Below are positions 1-9,900 of a stretch of DNA of 64,000 nucleotides, piece by piece; positions within the stretch are counted from its first letter, which is position 1, and every line of letters begins with the position of its first letter. The translations under genes and the position numbers were made by a program. The notes beneath the pieces are model-generated. The model saw only the letters and a program-made list of their open reading frames with translations. It ran no database searches and was not told the origin of the DNA. Source of the DNA: an uncultured Synergistales bacterium (GTDB lineage Bacteria > Synergistota > Synergistia > Synergistales > Aminobacteriaceae). The DNA lies in NCBI GenBank assembly GCA_905233525.1, contig CAJOEW010000009.1:11898-75897 (forward strand), given 5' to 3'.

Positions 1-229
1 CCCATGAAATTGTATGAGGGCGTTTTAATAAATTTTCGTCAGCGCATAAGACTTTTACTTTTAAAACGCGTGTCATATAAGCTATATCAATTATGTTCTC
101 TTCTTTTACTTCACTTGAAGATTTACACGGCCTGCCATCAAGCCTGACCGCTCCAAGCTCTATCATTTCCTGAGCGATTGTCCTGCGTTTAACAAGCCGT
201 GCGAGCTTTAAAAATTTATCCAGCCTCAT
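1..229 (-). CDS. S4-domain RNA-binding protein (partial, C-terminus beyond window edge)
   Basis: The minus-strand ATG at 229..227 opens a frame that has no stop up to the window edge. It reads MRLDKFLKLARLVKRRTIAQEMIELGAVRLDGRP..., which is the S4 alpha-L motif pattern (RLDKFL..., G.V.v(d/n)G). It is absent from the ORF track because it has no stop inside the window. It lies 6 nt downstream of the pgm stop. Confidence 0.5.
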   Translation of the reverse strand, partial: MRLDKFLKLARLVKRRTIAQEMIELGAVRLDGRPCKSSSEVKEENIIDIAYMTRVLKVKVLCADENLLKRPHTISW

Positions 230-235
230 AAAAAT

Positions 236-1843
236 TTATACTGCTGATGAAACAATTTGAGAGGCTTCGTCTTGAATTTTTTTCAAGTGTTCAGGACTCA
301 CGAAACTTTCAGCGTAAATCTTGCATAAATTTTCAGTACCTGACGGACGAGCAGCAAACCAGCCATTTTCTGTAACGACTTTCAAGCCGCCGATCTTAGC
401 ATTATTTCCAGGAGCATTTGTTAATTTCGCAGTGATCTTATCGCCAGCGAGAGTATCAGCCTTTAAATTTTCAGGTGACAATTTTCCGAGCGCTGTTTTT
501 TGTTCAGGTGTAGCCGGCGTATCTGTACGGGCATAATATGATTTTCCGTATTTAGCTGTAATTTCTGCAAAGTGCTGTGCCGGATTCTTACCTGTTGCGG
601 CTGTTATTTCTACTGCTAACAAGTCCATAATTATTCCGTCTTTGTCAGTTGTCCACACTGAGCCGTCCTTACATAAAAATGAAGCGCCTGCACTTTCTTC
701 GCCTCCGAATCCCATTGAGCCGTCAAGCAAGCCTTCAACAAACCATTTAAAACCTACAGGAACTTCACAAACTTTACGGCCGATTCCATTTGTAACGCGA
801 TCGATTATTGAACTTGAAACTACAGTTTTTCCGACGGCAGCATCTTTACGCCAATTTGATCTCGTTGTGAAAAGATGTTGTACAGCTACAGCAAGATAAG
901 CATTAGGATTCATGAGTCCTTCAGGCGTTACGATTCCGTGTCTGTCATAATCTGTATCATTTCCGAAAGCTATATCATAATCATTTTTGAGCTTGATTAA
1001 ATTCGCCATAGCATACGGTGATGAGCAATCCATTCTGATTTTACCGTCATGATCAGGCGGCATAAATGAGAACGTAGGATCTAAATTCGGATTAACGACT
1101 TCAAGATTTTTAATGCCGTAAATTTCTTTGATAGGATCCCAATAATAAATACCAGAACCGCCCAAAGGATCAGCGCCGATTTTTAAACCTGATTTTGCGA
1201 TTACATCCATGTCCACGACTGAAGCGAGAGCCTTTACATACGGTATAACATAATCTTCAAAATGAACGTTATCTAATTTTATTGCTTTCTCAAAAGGAAT
1301 GCGCTTAATAGAATTTACACCGAGCTTTATTAACTCATTGGCGCGGCTCTGAATTTTATTTGTTGTCTCTGGACTTGCCGGGCCTCCTGAAATCGGATCG
1401 TATTTAATTCCGCCGTCAGTAGGAGGATTATGTGAAGGAGTTATTACCATTCCGTCGGCCTGATGATTTTTATTATTGCGGTTATGTTCGAGAATTGCGC
1501 GTGATACAACAGGAGTTGGAGTCGGTTTAAAATCTTCCTGTAAAATAATTTCAACACCATTTGCAGCAAGAACTTCAACACAAGTGCGCATGGCAGGTTC
1601 TGATAAAGCATGTGTATCTGCTCCGATATATAACGGTCCTGTAACGCCTTCGGCTTTTCTGTGTTCTGCAACGGCTTGAGCGATCGCCAAAATATGAGCC
1701 TCGTTAAAACTATGAAGAGCTGAGCTTCCGCGATGGCCTGATGTTCCGAAAGATACTTGATGAGTTTTATTATCAGGATCCGGCGCAAGTGAATAATAAT
1801 CGCTGATTAAAGCCGGAATGTTTACGATAGTGCGTTTTTCCAT
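236..1843 (-). CDS. pgm: phosphoglucomutase (alpha-D-phosphohexomutase family)
   Basis: The ORF-track ORF contains [10 protein letters not shown] and the phosphoserine loop TPSHNP. I moved the start to ATG 1843 (MEKRTIV...) because GAGGAGG lies about 9 nt upstream, inside the longer ORF-track extension. Confidence 0.9.
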   Translation of the reverse strand: MEKRTIVNIPALISDYYSLAPDPDNKTHQVSFGTSGHRGSSALHSFNEAHILAIAQAVAEHRKAEGVTGPLYIGADTHALSEPAMRTCVEVLAANGVEIILQEDFKPTPTPVVSRAILEHNRNNKNHQADGMVITPSHNPPTDGGIKYDPISGGPASPETTNKIQSRANELIKLGVNSIKRIPFEKAIKLDNVHFEDYVIPYVKALASVVDMDVIAKSGLKIGADPLGGSGIYYWDPIKEIYGIKNLEVVNPNLDPTFSFMPPDHDGKIRMDCSSPYAMANLIKLKNDYDIAFGNDTDYDRHGIVTPEGLMNPNAYLAVAVQHLFTTRSNWRKDAAVGKTVVSSSIIDRVTNGIGRKVCEVPVGFKWFVEGLLDGSMGFGGEESAGASFLCKDGSVWTTDKDGIIMDLLAVEITAATGKNPAQHFAEITAKYGKSYYARTDTPATPEQKTALGKLSPENLKADTLAGDKITAKLTNAPGNNAKIGGLKVVTENGWFAARPSGTENLCKIYAESFVSPEHLKKIQDEASQIVSSAV

Positions 1844-1990
1844 AAAAATAAGCCTCCTCAAAAAATTTAAGCGTGTAAGAAATTAAAGAATACTCAAAAA
1901 AAACGCTGTCAAGCATAAAACTTAAATGCATTCAGCGTCAAGGCTAATACTCACCAAAATTAAAGCGTTTAAAAATTTTGCGAGGAGTTT

Positions 1991-3093
1991 TTATTTTTTG
2001 AGTCCGATCCTGTATAAAAATTCGATCCATAACATTTTGACCGTACGTTTTAACCAGTCAGGATAAATTTTATTAAGGATCTTTAAAAATATTCTGATTG
2101 TCCAATGCGGTTTGATTGTGATTTTTTGTTCAGGAACGGCGTTGAGCATAATTTTTGCAAGCTCTTCACGAGTCGTATTTTCTCCCCACGCGGAACGCAG
2201 ATAATAATCCCAATAAAAATATTGTGCCGGCATTCCTGTAACGTTCCATAATTTCGGGCGTGCTGCTGTATGAATGATCGTTCCTGTTAATTCTTCGTGC
2301 GTTTTAGGAAGGATTGTCATTTTATTAAATTTGCTGTCTATAAATTTCACGTGATTATAAAACAATGAGTTCAATATGTCTTGATCATTCCATTCGCATA
2401 AATGTATATAGCGCCGATAATATTCAAGTGATCTTTCAAAAAGATTCATATTCTTACGAATCTCATACAAATTCATAAATATCATACCGGCGTTAAAATA
2501 GGTTTTAATGTCAAAATGATTGAGCCTGCATTTTACGCGTTGAAATTTGTACGGCTGTATCTTATTCGAAAGAATGTTATGTATATATTCATCAATGACG
2601 ACTGCTGCATAATAATTTTCAAGCTCGATATTCCATAATTCGCTTATATCTAAATCAACGATCATATCGCAGTCAAGGTGAATAACTTTGTCTTGTTTAA
2701 TACACGCTGGCACTAGTAATCTAAAAATAATTCCGATTGAGACTCTTCCTATGTTTTGAATAATTTCATTCGAGAGCTGTTTTTCGTATGGACTTAGATC
2801 AATAAAATTTACTTCTTGGTTATATTTTTCGGCTGTACGTAAAAATTTTTGCTTGTTATCGTCTGTTAATGTCTCATCGTGCAAAATATGTATTGTTACA
2901 GGTGATTTCGTGTTCTCAAAAATTGATGTCATTACGACTCCGGCGTGCTGCGAATATTTTCCGGTTGGATCATATAATGATAATGCTACATGAATTTTAT
3001 TTTCTTCGTTCTGATTTTGGGCATTATTAAGGCGATGTGCGATGTGCGATGTGCGATGTGCGATGTGCGATTATACTGGACTTCGTCGTTCAT
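1991..3093 (-). pseudogene. family 8 glycosyltransferase (LPS/general-stress GspA-like), interrupted at a 5' heptanucleotide repeat (apparent phase-OFF state)
   Basis: The body (ORF track 1991..2932) carries GT8-like motifs HLDCDMIV (DxD) and FNAGMIFMNL. The same frame continues upstream without a start codon as ...KIHVALSLYDPTGKYSQHAGVV-MTSIF. A strong SD (GGAGG 3101-3105) plus ATG 3093 sits in a different frame, and the two are separated by the 7-nt repeat tract. Confidence 0.75.
3032..3071 (-). repeat. tandem heptanucleotide repeat: GCGATGT x5 plus a partial copy (coding-strand ACATCGC)
   Basis: Read directly from the sequence. There are five perfect 7-nt units at 3032-3066, followed by GCGAT at 3067-3071. 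Confidence 0.97.
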
Positions 3094-3165
3094 GTCAAGA
3101 CCTCCTGAAAATTTATATTACTACCGCAAAATTCTAACATAATTATTTGATTCATTGTACCGCGC

Positions 3166-3200
3166 AAAATAATACCGCCTCTCACAAATGCAAGAGACGG
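3166..3200 (-). terminator. intrinsic terminator downstream of thrB
   Basis: On the minus-strand RNA, CCGUCUCU...AGAGGCGG forms an 8-bp stem (one G-U pair; plus-strand 3175-3200). It is followed by a U-rich run (UAUUAUUUU), directly after the thrB stop. Confidence 0.6.
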
Positions 3201-3215
3201 AAGATTTAATCGTGT

Positions 3216-4139
3216 TTAACTTTTTTCAATCAATGCGCCGTATTTAGGACAGTTCAATACAAAAAAATGCGACGCTGCTTTACCTTCAGTGAAAATTCTG
3301 CACATGGCCTTGGCTAAATTTCCTGCTTTGCCTCTCACAATAGCAATAACTGTAGGACCGGAACCGCTGATCGCTGTAGCAACACAATCCGGACGCGATT
3401 GGATCTCGTTTAAAAATTTTTCGCCTATACCTGCTGGAAATAATTTTGCTCTGTGATTTTGATGTAAGCGATCTTCCATTCCAACGTGAAGCAAATCCCA
3501 ACGTCCCATCGCCCAAGCTGAACACAATATGCTGGCATGACTGACATTAAATACAGCGTCTTTAAACGGCACGCTTTCAGGTAAAATTTTCCGCGCGTCT
3601 TCTGTGTGAACTTCAAAATCCGGCACTGTTGCAATAATATTAAAATCGCTCGGTAATGCTGGCAGTTTAACATAGCGCAATGTCTCACCGTCCCAGCATG
3701 ATACAGTCATACCGCCTAAATAACACGGCACAACATTGTCAGGATGTCCTTCGATTAAAGTCATTACACGTAATAATTCACCTTCAGTTTTTCGAAGGCC
3801 ATGAATTATATTCGCGATCATTACTCCAGCTACAACCGCCGTCGATGAACTGCCTAAGCCGCGATTTAACGGGATTGCATTGCAGCTCTCAAAATCAAAT
3901 CCGGTTTCAGGAACTCCCCAAATTTCGCAGGCTCTTATATAACTTTTGACGATTAAATTTTTTCGAACGTCTTTTAATTCGTTGACACCTTCGCCAATGA
4001 TCGAACACGTAAAATCACCAGCCGGCAATAATTTTTTTATCGTGAATATATTATATAAGCTCAATGCCATGCCTAATGTATCAAATCCTGAACCTAAATT
4101 TGCTGTAGTCGCTGGAATTTTTAATACTAGTTCTGACAT
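3216..4139 (-). CDS. thrB: homoserine kinase
   Basis: The GHMP-kinase motif PLNRGLGSSSTAVVAG and the N-terminal ATTANLGSGFDTLG are present. The gene overlaps the thrC stop by 13 nt. Confidence 0.9.
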   Translation of the reverse strand: MSELVLKIPATTANLGSGFDTLGMALSLYNIFTIKKLLPAGDFTCSIIGEGVNELKDVRKNLIVKSYIRACEIWGVPETGFDFESCNAIPLNRGLGSSSTAVVAGVMIANIIHGLRKTEGELLRVMTLIEGHPDNVVPCYLGGMTVSCWDGETLRYVKLPALPSDFNIIATVPDFEVHTEDARKILPESVPFKDAVFNVSHASILCSAWAMGRWDLLHVGMEDRLHQNHRAKLFPAGIGEKFLNEIQSRPDCVATAISGSGPTVIAIVRGKAGNLAKAMCRIFTEGKAASHFFVLNCPKYGALIEKS

Positions 4140-5170
4140 AGTACTTTCATTAAGGCTTCGGGAGTGTCATCAATTTCGATCGGGCTTCCTACTTGAGTCA
4201 TAGCTGTGTCAGGATCTTTTAAGCCGTTGCCGGTCAAAATCATCGTTACTAAAATATTTTCAGGTAATCTGTTTTCGCGTTTGAGCTTCATTAAACCTGC
4301 TAACGGTGCACAAGACGCAGGCTCAGCAAAAACTCCGCCTTCACTCGCTAATAATTTTTGAGCTTCTAAAATTTCCTGATCAGTCACTGAATTAAATTCG
4401 CCGCCTGATTCTTTTACTGCTGCTTTAGCTAAATGAGCACTCACAGGATTTCCAATTCTGATCGCAGTAGCAATTGTTTCAGGATTCGGACAAGGCTTAT
4501 TTGTTACAAGAGGTGCCGCTCCTTCTGCCTGGAAGCCGTACATTTTAGGAAGTGCTTTTATTTTTCCCATGTCTGCATAAACGTTATAACCTGCCCAATA
4601 TGCGCTTATGTTACCAGCATTTCCAACCGGTATAGCATGAATATCAGGAGCACGCCCTAGAAAATCGCATATCTCCCAAGCTCCTGAACGCTGGCCGATC
4701 AATCTATAAGGATTAACAGAATTTACCATAGCGCAGCCTGTTCTCTCAGCTCCTTCACGCGCAAGCTCTAAAGCTCTGTCAAAATTACCTTTTACAGCGA
4801 TGACCTTTGCTCCGTACATTAAAGCCTGTGCCAATTTTCCAAGAGCAACTTTACCGGCAGGCAATAAAACAAAACACGGTATACCAACTGACGCAGCATA
4901 AGCCGCAGCTGAAGCCGATGTGTTACCAGTTGAAGCACATATTACGGCGCGCTTACCTTCTTCAAGAGCTTTTGCAACAGCTAACACCATTCCGCGATCT
5001 TTAAATGAGCCGGACGGATTACAGCCTTCAAATTTTCCAAATAAACGAATCCCTAAACGCGCTCCAACTCTTGGAAGCTCTATTAACGGCGTTGAGCCTT
5101 CCTCTAAATTTACGCGCGGCGTTTTGTACGTTAACGGTAATAATTTTTCATAATGCCTTAAAATTCCCAT
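4127..5170 (-). CDS. thrC: threonine synthase
   Basis: The PLP-lysine motif NPSGSFKDRG is present. The length of about 347 aa is typical of short-form ThrC, and the gene is operonic with thrB. Confidence 0.9.
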   Translation of the reverse strand: MGILRHYEKLLPLTYKTPRVNLEEGSTPLIELPRVGARLGIRLFGKFEGCNPSGSFKDRGMVLAVAKALEEGKRAVICASTGNTSASAAAYAASVGIPCFVLLPAGKVALGKLAQALMYGAKVIAVKGNFDRALELAREGAERTGCAMVNSVNPYRLIGQRSGAWEICDFLGRAPDIHAIPVGNAGNISAYWAGYNVYADMGKIKALPKMYGFQAEGAAPLVTNKPCPNPETIATAIRIGNPVSAHLAKAAVKESGGEFNSVTDQEILEAQKLLASEGGVFAEPASCAPLAGLMKLKRENRLPENILVTMILTGNGLKDPDTAMTQVGSPIEIDDTPEALMKVLCQN

Positions 5171-5283
5171 GATTAAAAAAAATTCCTCCCTATTAAAAAA
5201 TTTTCAACGTTCGTATTTTATCTCATAACACTGACGTAAAATTATTTTTTCGTTTTTACGCAGTTGTTATTAAAATTATTCGC

Positions 5284-6774
5284 TCATTCCTCAAAGGCCG
5301 GCTTATTCTGTAAAATTGCGCTGCCGTTCTTTGCAAAAGCTATACTCATGATTCCTATATACTTATCAAAAAATTGTGTAAGCTCCTGCTCAGTCATTTT
5401 GAGGCCAAGGCGGTTTAATACCCTGTTTATAATTGAGAATAGATTCAACGTGCTTAAATAGTTATTCTCAATTTCGTTTATAACGTCCTGCAATACTGAC
5501 TCTGTTTTTAATTCGATATTGCCTGACATGTAAAACTCATCGATGTAAAAAAATTCTATACGGTTATTTTGCAACCGCTGATAATAAGCTTGTGAGCAAT
5601 TATCATATTCAAGCATTACTAAAAATTTTATCTCAGGCGTTAATTCAATCAATGGCCAAAAATCACAATCACTTGAAATTATTACGGCTGAATCTATTGG
5701 CGAACCTTCGTTATTGCATTGCGTGAACTCCCTGTAAAATTTTATAGTCAATGCAACATCTACAGCTGATTTTTCATCTTTGACGCGATCTGTTAAATAA
5801 TATTCGAGCGGTAAATTTTCACTTCGTCTCAACGCACGCCATTGAGTTGACGTATGCTCATCATCAACGAGCAGGACTTTATAAATTTTCTCATTGAGTC
5901 CCTGTTGTTCCAAATGTTTAAATATTCCTATGACTTTACACGGATCGGCATTCTCGCAATCAATAGCTACCAAAATTTTATGAGCATTATTAAAAAATTC
6001 CGTAGGATCATTTAATGCAGCGTCGCCGGCCTCTGTAACTTTGCTCATATCGTAAAATTTATCTCTGTTATGTTCGTAAAGAATAGGCAAAAATTTCGCG
6101 TCATCTCTTAAAATATTTCCGTCACCGTCATCAGGAAGCCAGTTCATATAAGTTTGATACGGGAATAAATCTCGGCATTCTCCATAAATTCTCGCGGCTT
6201 CTTTATTTCCGTCGACAGTGTTGCCTCTTGGAACGAAGAATAAATTTTTTATGTAGTTCCATTTCACCCAGTCAGGAATAAATTTTTGACAGTTCGGAAC
6301 ATGCGGTAATAAATAATTGTGAACGTCAACGATATAATCTTCAAGCTTGCGTCTTGCTCGTACGAACATTATGCCGTCATTTTCAAGAGCCTTTAATGAT
6401 TCTTGCGGTACTAGATCTGGAATTGAGTCAATGTTTTTTATGTCGGAATTCATTTCTGTGAAGATTGCTCTGAAATTTTTTTGCAGCTTAGTTCGTAGAA
6501 TACAAAGATGTCTGACTATGCGTGCCTCTTTATCTTGATTAAGTTCGTCATAAACGCTTCTATAAAATTGAGGATTCATATTTTCAGTTTGGCCTATACC
6601 GAAATATTTTTCATCGATTCCGATTAAATAAGCCACGCGCGAAACAATATCACGTTTAGATTTTGGCGTATCACCTCCCTGACGCAGCATTAAGTCCGGC
6701 AAATTCTCCGAAAAATTTTGCAGCGATGCCCTTTTGTCATCATCTAGCAGGCTGCCTATACTTAGTTCACTCAT
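5284..6774 (-). CDS. NYN/LabA-like (PIN-fold) domain protein with a large unassigned N-terminal region
   Basis: The C-terminal half shows the NYN signature series: ILVAIDCENADP (DxEN), SAVDVALTIKF and AVIISSDCDFWPLIE (SxDxDF). I recognise nothing in the first ~270 aa. The gene is monocistronic and visibly more AT-rich than its neighbours. Confidence 0.55.
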   Translation of the reverse strand: MSELSIGSLLDDDKRASLQNFSENLPDLMLRQGGDTPKSKRDIVSRVAYLIGIDEKYFGIGQTENMNPQFYRSVYDELNQDKEARIVRHLCILRTKLQKNFRAIFTEMNSDIKNIDSIPDLVPQESLKALENDGIMFVRARRKLEDYIVDVHNYLLPHVPNCQKFIPDWVKWNYIKNLFFVPRGNTVDGNKEAARIYGECRDLFPYQTYMNWLPDDGDGNILRDDAKFLPILYEHNRDKFYDMSKVTEAGDAALNDPTEFFNNAHKILVAIDCENADPCKVIGIFKHLEQQGLNEKIYKVLLVDDEHTSTQWRALRRSENLPLEYYLTDRVKDEKSAVDVALTIKFYREFTQCNNEGSPIDSAVIISSDCDFWPLIELTPEIKFLVMLEYDNCSQAYYQRLQNNRIEFFYIDEFYMSGNIELKTESVLQDVINEIENNYLSTLNLFSIINRVLNRLGLKMTEQELTQFFDKYIGIMSIAFAKNGSAILQNKPAFEE

Positions 6775-6932
6775 AAAAAATAATCACTCCTTTACAAATA
6801 TAATAATTATATAAAATTTGAAGGCTTAAATTTCTCATGTTCATGTTCACGTATTCAGCCGGCTCATTTTTTAAAATGTCTATACTATAATTAGCGCATT
6901 CAAAAATCTTTTCATGAAAGGACTGTTACAAA

Positions 6933-9900
6933 TTGAAGCGAAGATTTTTTCTAGCTATCGCGCTTGTAATTATGAGTCTTGTTACTCAGGCTTCAGGCGC
7001 TGCGATGCCGTCTGGTGTTCAAAGTTTTGTGCCGTCTGGTGTAGTTCCTGATAATGTTTCATTCAGGATCGTTTTTAAAAATCCCGTCGTCACTAAAAAA
7101 GACACCGGCAAAAGTATTAAACAGAACAGCGATTTATTCCCGATTGAAATTGTACCGCTGGTTCAAATTGAGGGACGCTGGCAAAATGAACGCACGTTCA
7201 CAGCAAAATTATTATCGCCTCTTCAAAGTGCCACATCGTATACAGCAACTTTAAAGGACTTACGCGACAGAAAAGGCAATAAGATCGGTCCGGGCAGTTT
7301 CAAATTTCAAACAGAAGGACTCAAACCTGAAGACATTCGTGCCTCTATGACAAGAGACGGACGCGCAAATTTTGATCTTAATTTCAATATGAAAGTCGAT
7401 CCGGCGCGTTTGAAAGGCTTCATGAAAATAATCAATCCTAAAGGTAAAGAAATACCTTACACAATTAACGGAGCTTTACCAGGAAAAATGATCCGCGTTT
7501 CATTTCCTGTCGATAAGGTTGCTTCACGCCAGCGCTTCACGGTAAATATTGCTGCCGGTTTGAAATCAAGCGAGGGCGATTTAGGAATCACCAGAGATTA
7601 TTCTGAAAGCGTTGTGCTTGATCCTGAATTGATCGTTCAAGGTCTTTATCCTGATGAAAATTCGATCAGAGTGCCTTTTAATTTCGGTATCGACGCAGAA
7701 ATTGCTAAGAGCTTTATAACAGTTGAACCGGCTGTAAATAATCTGCGTATTGAAAACAGTTACAGCGATGAAATTATTTACCTGCGTTCAGATGAATTTA
7801 AACCGCGTGACAGATTTGTAATCACGTTTAAAAAAGGTTTTCCTGCAAAAGGCGGGATCGTCCTCAAAGAAGATTTTAAACAAGCTGTAATTATGCCTGA
7901 CCTTGATTCGGAGGTTAATTTAGCTTCTGCAGGAACGTATTTAACTTCGTTGAATGATGCTTTAATTCCTGTAGAGCTTTTAAACGTTAAACGCCTTCAA
8001 ATAGATTTATGGAGACTCTACGAAAATAATATACCGTTTGTTGTTCGAGGCGATTATGATTCATTCAAAAAAGATCTTGCGCAGCGGGTTTACACGAAAG
8101 AAATAAATTTATCGCTTCCATTGAACGAACGCGTAAGAAAAAGTATACCCGTTAGCGAAATGGCTAAAGACCAGCGCGGATTATTTTTATTAACGATTCG
8201 CGACGCTGATAAACCGTATTGGGCTGAAAGCTCGCAAATGATTAACTTGAGTGATATCGGCGTTGTGGCTCGTTTATGGGAGGACGGCGTTTTAATCTGG
8301 ACGAACAAATTAACAGAACAAAAAGAAATTGCCGAAGCCAACGTAAAAATTTATTCGTCAGCAAATCAAATCATAGCCGAAGGTAAAACAGATCTTGACG
8401 GTGTATTTTATTTTGATCTCAAAAATAAAACATGGGATGAAGATAATCAGCCGGCTCTCGCTGTAATATCAAAGACTGATGAAAATTCACACACTGATTT
8501 AACTTATGTTGAGCTTAGAAATAATTTATTAGACCGTGAAATTTTTGATACTTCCGGCCGTGCATGGATCAAATCAGGTTATGACGCTGAAATAATTTCT
8601 CCGAGAGATATTTACAGAACGGGCGAGACTGCAGAATTTAAAGCCATTGTCAGAAATCCTGATTTAACGACTCCAGAAGCATTCCCTGTATTATTTACAG
8701 TTCGTGACAGCATTGGACGTAAAGTAATTCAAGAGCCTGTAACACTCAATGACAGAGGCAGCGCTGTTTTTAAATTAAACCTTCCGAATAACGCCGTAAC
8801 AGGTTCATGGAATGTAGCTTTAACGATTCCGGGCAATGATAAAAATTATTTAGCCGTTCATGATTTTCACGTTGAAGACTTTGCACCGCCTCGTATAGAA
8901 GTAAAATTAAGCTCAACGAATGAATTTTTATATCACAAAGATATTTTCACGGCTGATATTTATTCGCGCTGGTTGTTTGGAGTTGACGGAGCCGGCTTAA
9001 AATATGATGCTTCATGGACAGCGAGAGAAGCTAATTTTGTTCCTGAAAGCGAAAATTTAAAGGCTTACACATTCGGAGATCCTGATCGCAGATTTTCATA
9101 CACAGAAGGATTTTTTAACAGCGGTAATCTTGATAATTTCGGTGCTGCTCGTTTAGATTTAACATTGTCAGAACAATGGGAGGCACCTACAGCGATCGAC
9201 GTTACAATTAAAGCGGAAGTCATCGAAGACAGCGGAAGACCTGTAGCAAATTTCATTACGCGCCGTTATTTTCCTGCTAAGTGGTTATTAGGCATTGCTC
9301 CTTTAAGCGGTAAGCTCACAGTAAGAAATGATTTAAAATTCAGCGTGAAGGCCATCGATCCAAAAGAAAAGCCGATCGATCCAGGTGAATTAAATGCAGA
9401 ATTTTTCAAGGTCTCATGGAATTATAATCTCGTTGAAATTGACGGTTATAAACGCTGGCAGAGTTCAGAGGAATTAACAAAGATCGATGAAAAATCATTA
9501 ACGCTTAAAAACGGCACGGGCGAAATTTCTTTCAAGCCTGAGTCTTATGGAACATATCTTGTAAAAATTTCCGATCAGGATGACAGCGCAAGAGCCGTAT
9601 ATAGATTTTACGCTGATGATCCTAAATATGCCGGCGGCTCGTCGCAATTGATTGACCGTGTGGAAATTGAAACAGATAAAGAATTTTATGAGGTCGGCGA
9701 CACAGCTAAAATAAAAGTAAAAGCGCCGTTCGAAGGTTTATTATTAACGACGGTTGAAGGCAGCAAATTATTTTCACGCAGAGTCCAGGCTGTTAAAAAT
9801 TCTGAAACTGTTATAGAAATTCCGGTGACTCAAAATTTTGAGCCTAACGCATGGTTTACAGCATGGTTAATACGTCCTGTTCAAACTATTGACGCTAACG

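Noticed and set aside
1862-1990. Two CTTGAC-containing boxes and partial direct repeats (CGCTGTCAAGC / CAGCGTCAAGG) upstream of pgm, considered as tandem promoters or an operator.
   Set aside because: They are plausible -35 elements, but neither has a convincing -10 hexamer at 16-18 nt spacing. I did not annotate them.
3032-3071. The heptamer tract considered as a miniature CRISPR-like or regulatory protein-binding array.
   Set aside because: The units are contiguous with no spacers and lie inside a reading frame directly after a strong SD-ATG. Slipped-strand frame switching explains the tract fully.
5171-5283. Possible T-box or riboswitch leaders upstream of thrC (5171-5283), metY (30517-30563) and guaA (29309-29406).
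   Set aside because: These intergenic regions are about 45-115 nt long. They are largely occupied by the neighbouring gene's terminator or promoter and an SD, so they are too short for those RNA elements.
6834-6850. The tandem TCATGTTCATGTTCA in the divergent promoter region between the NYN gene and the alpha-2-macroglobulin gene, considered as a possible operator.
   Set aside because: There are only two short copies, no dyad symmetry, and no nearby regulator gene. It cannot be distinguished from chance.
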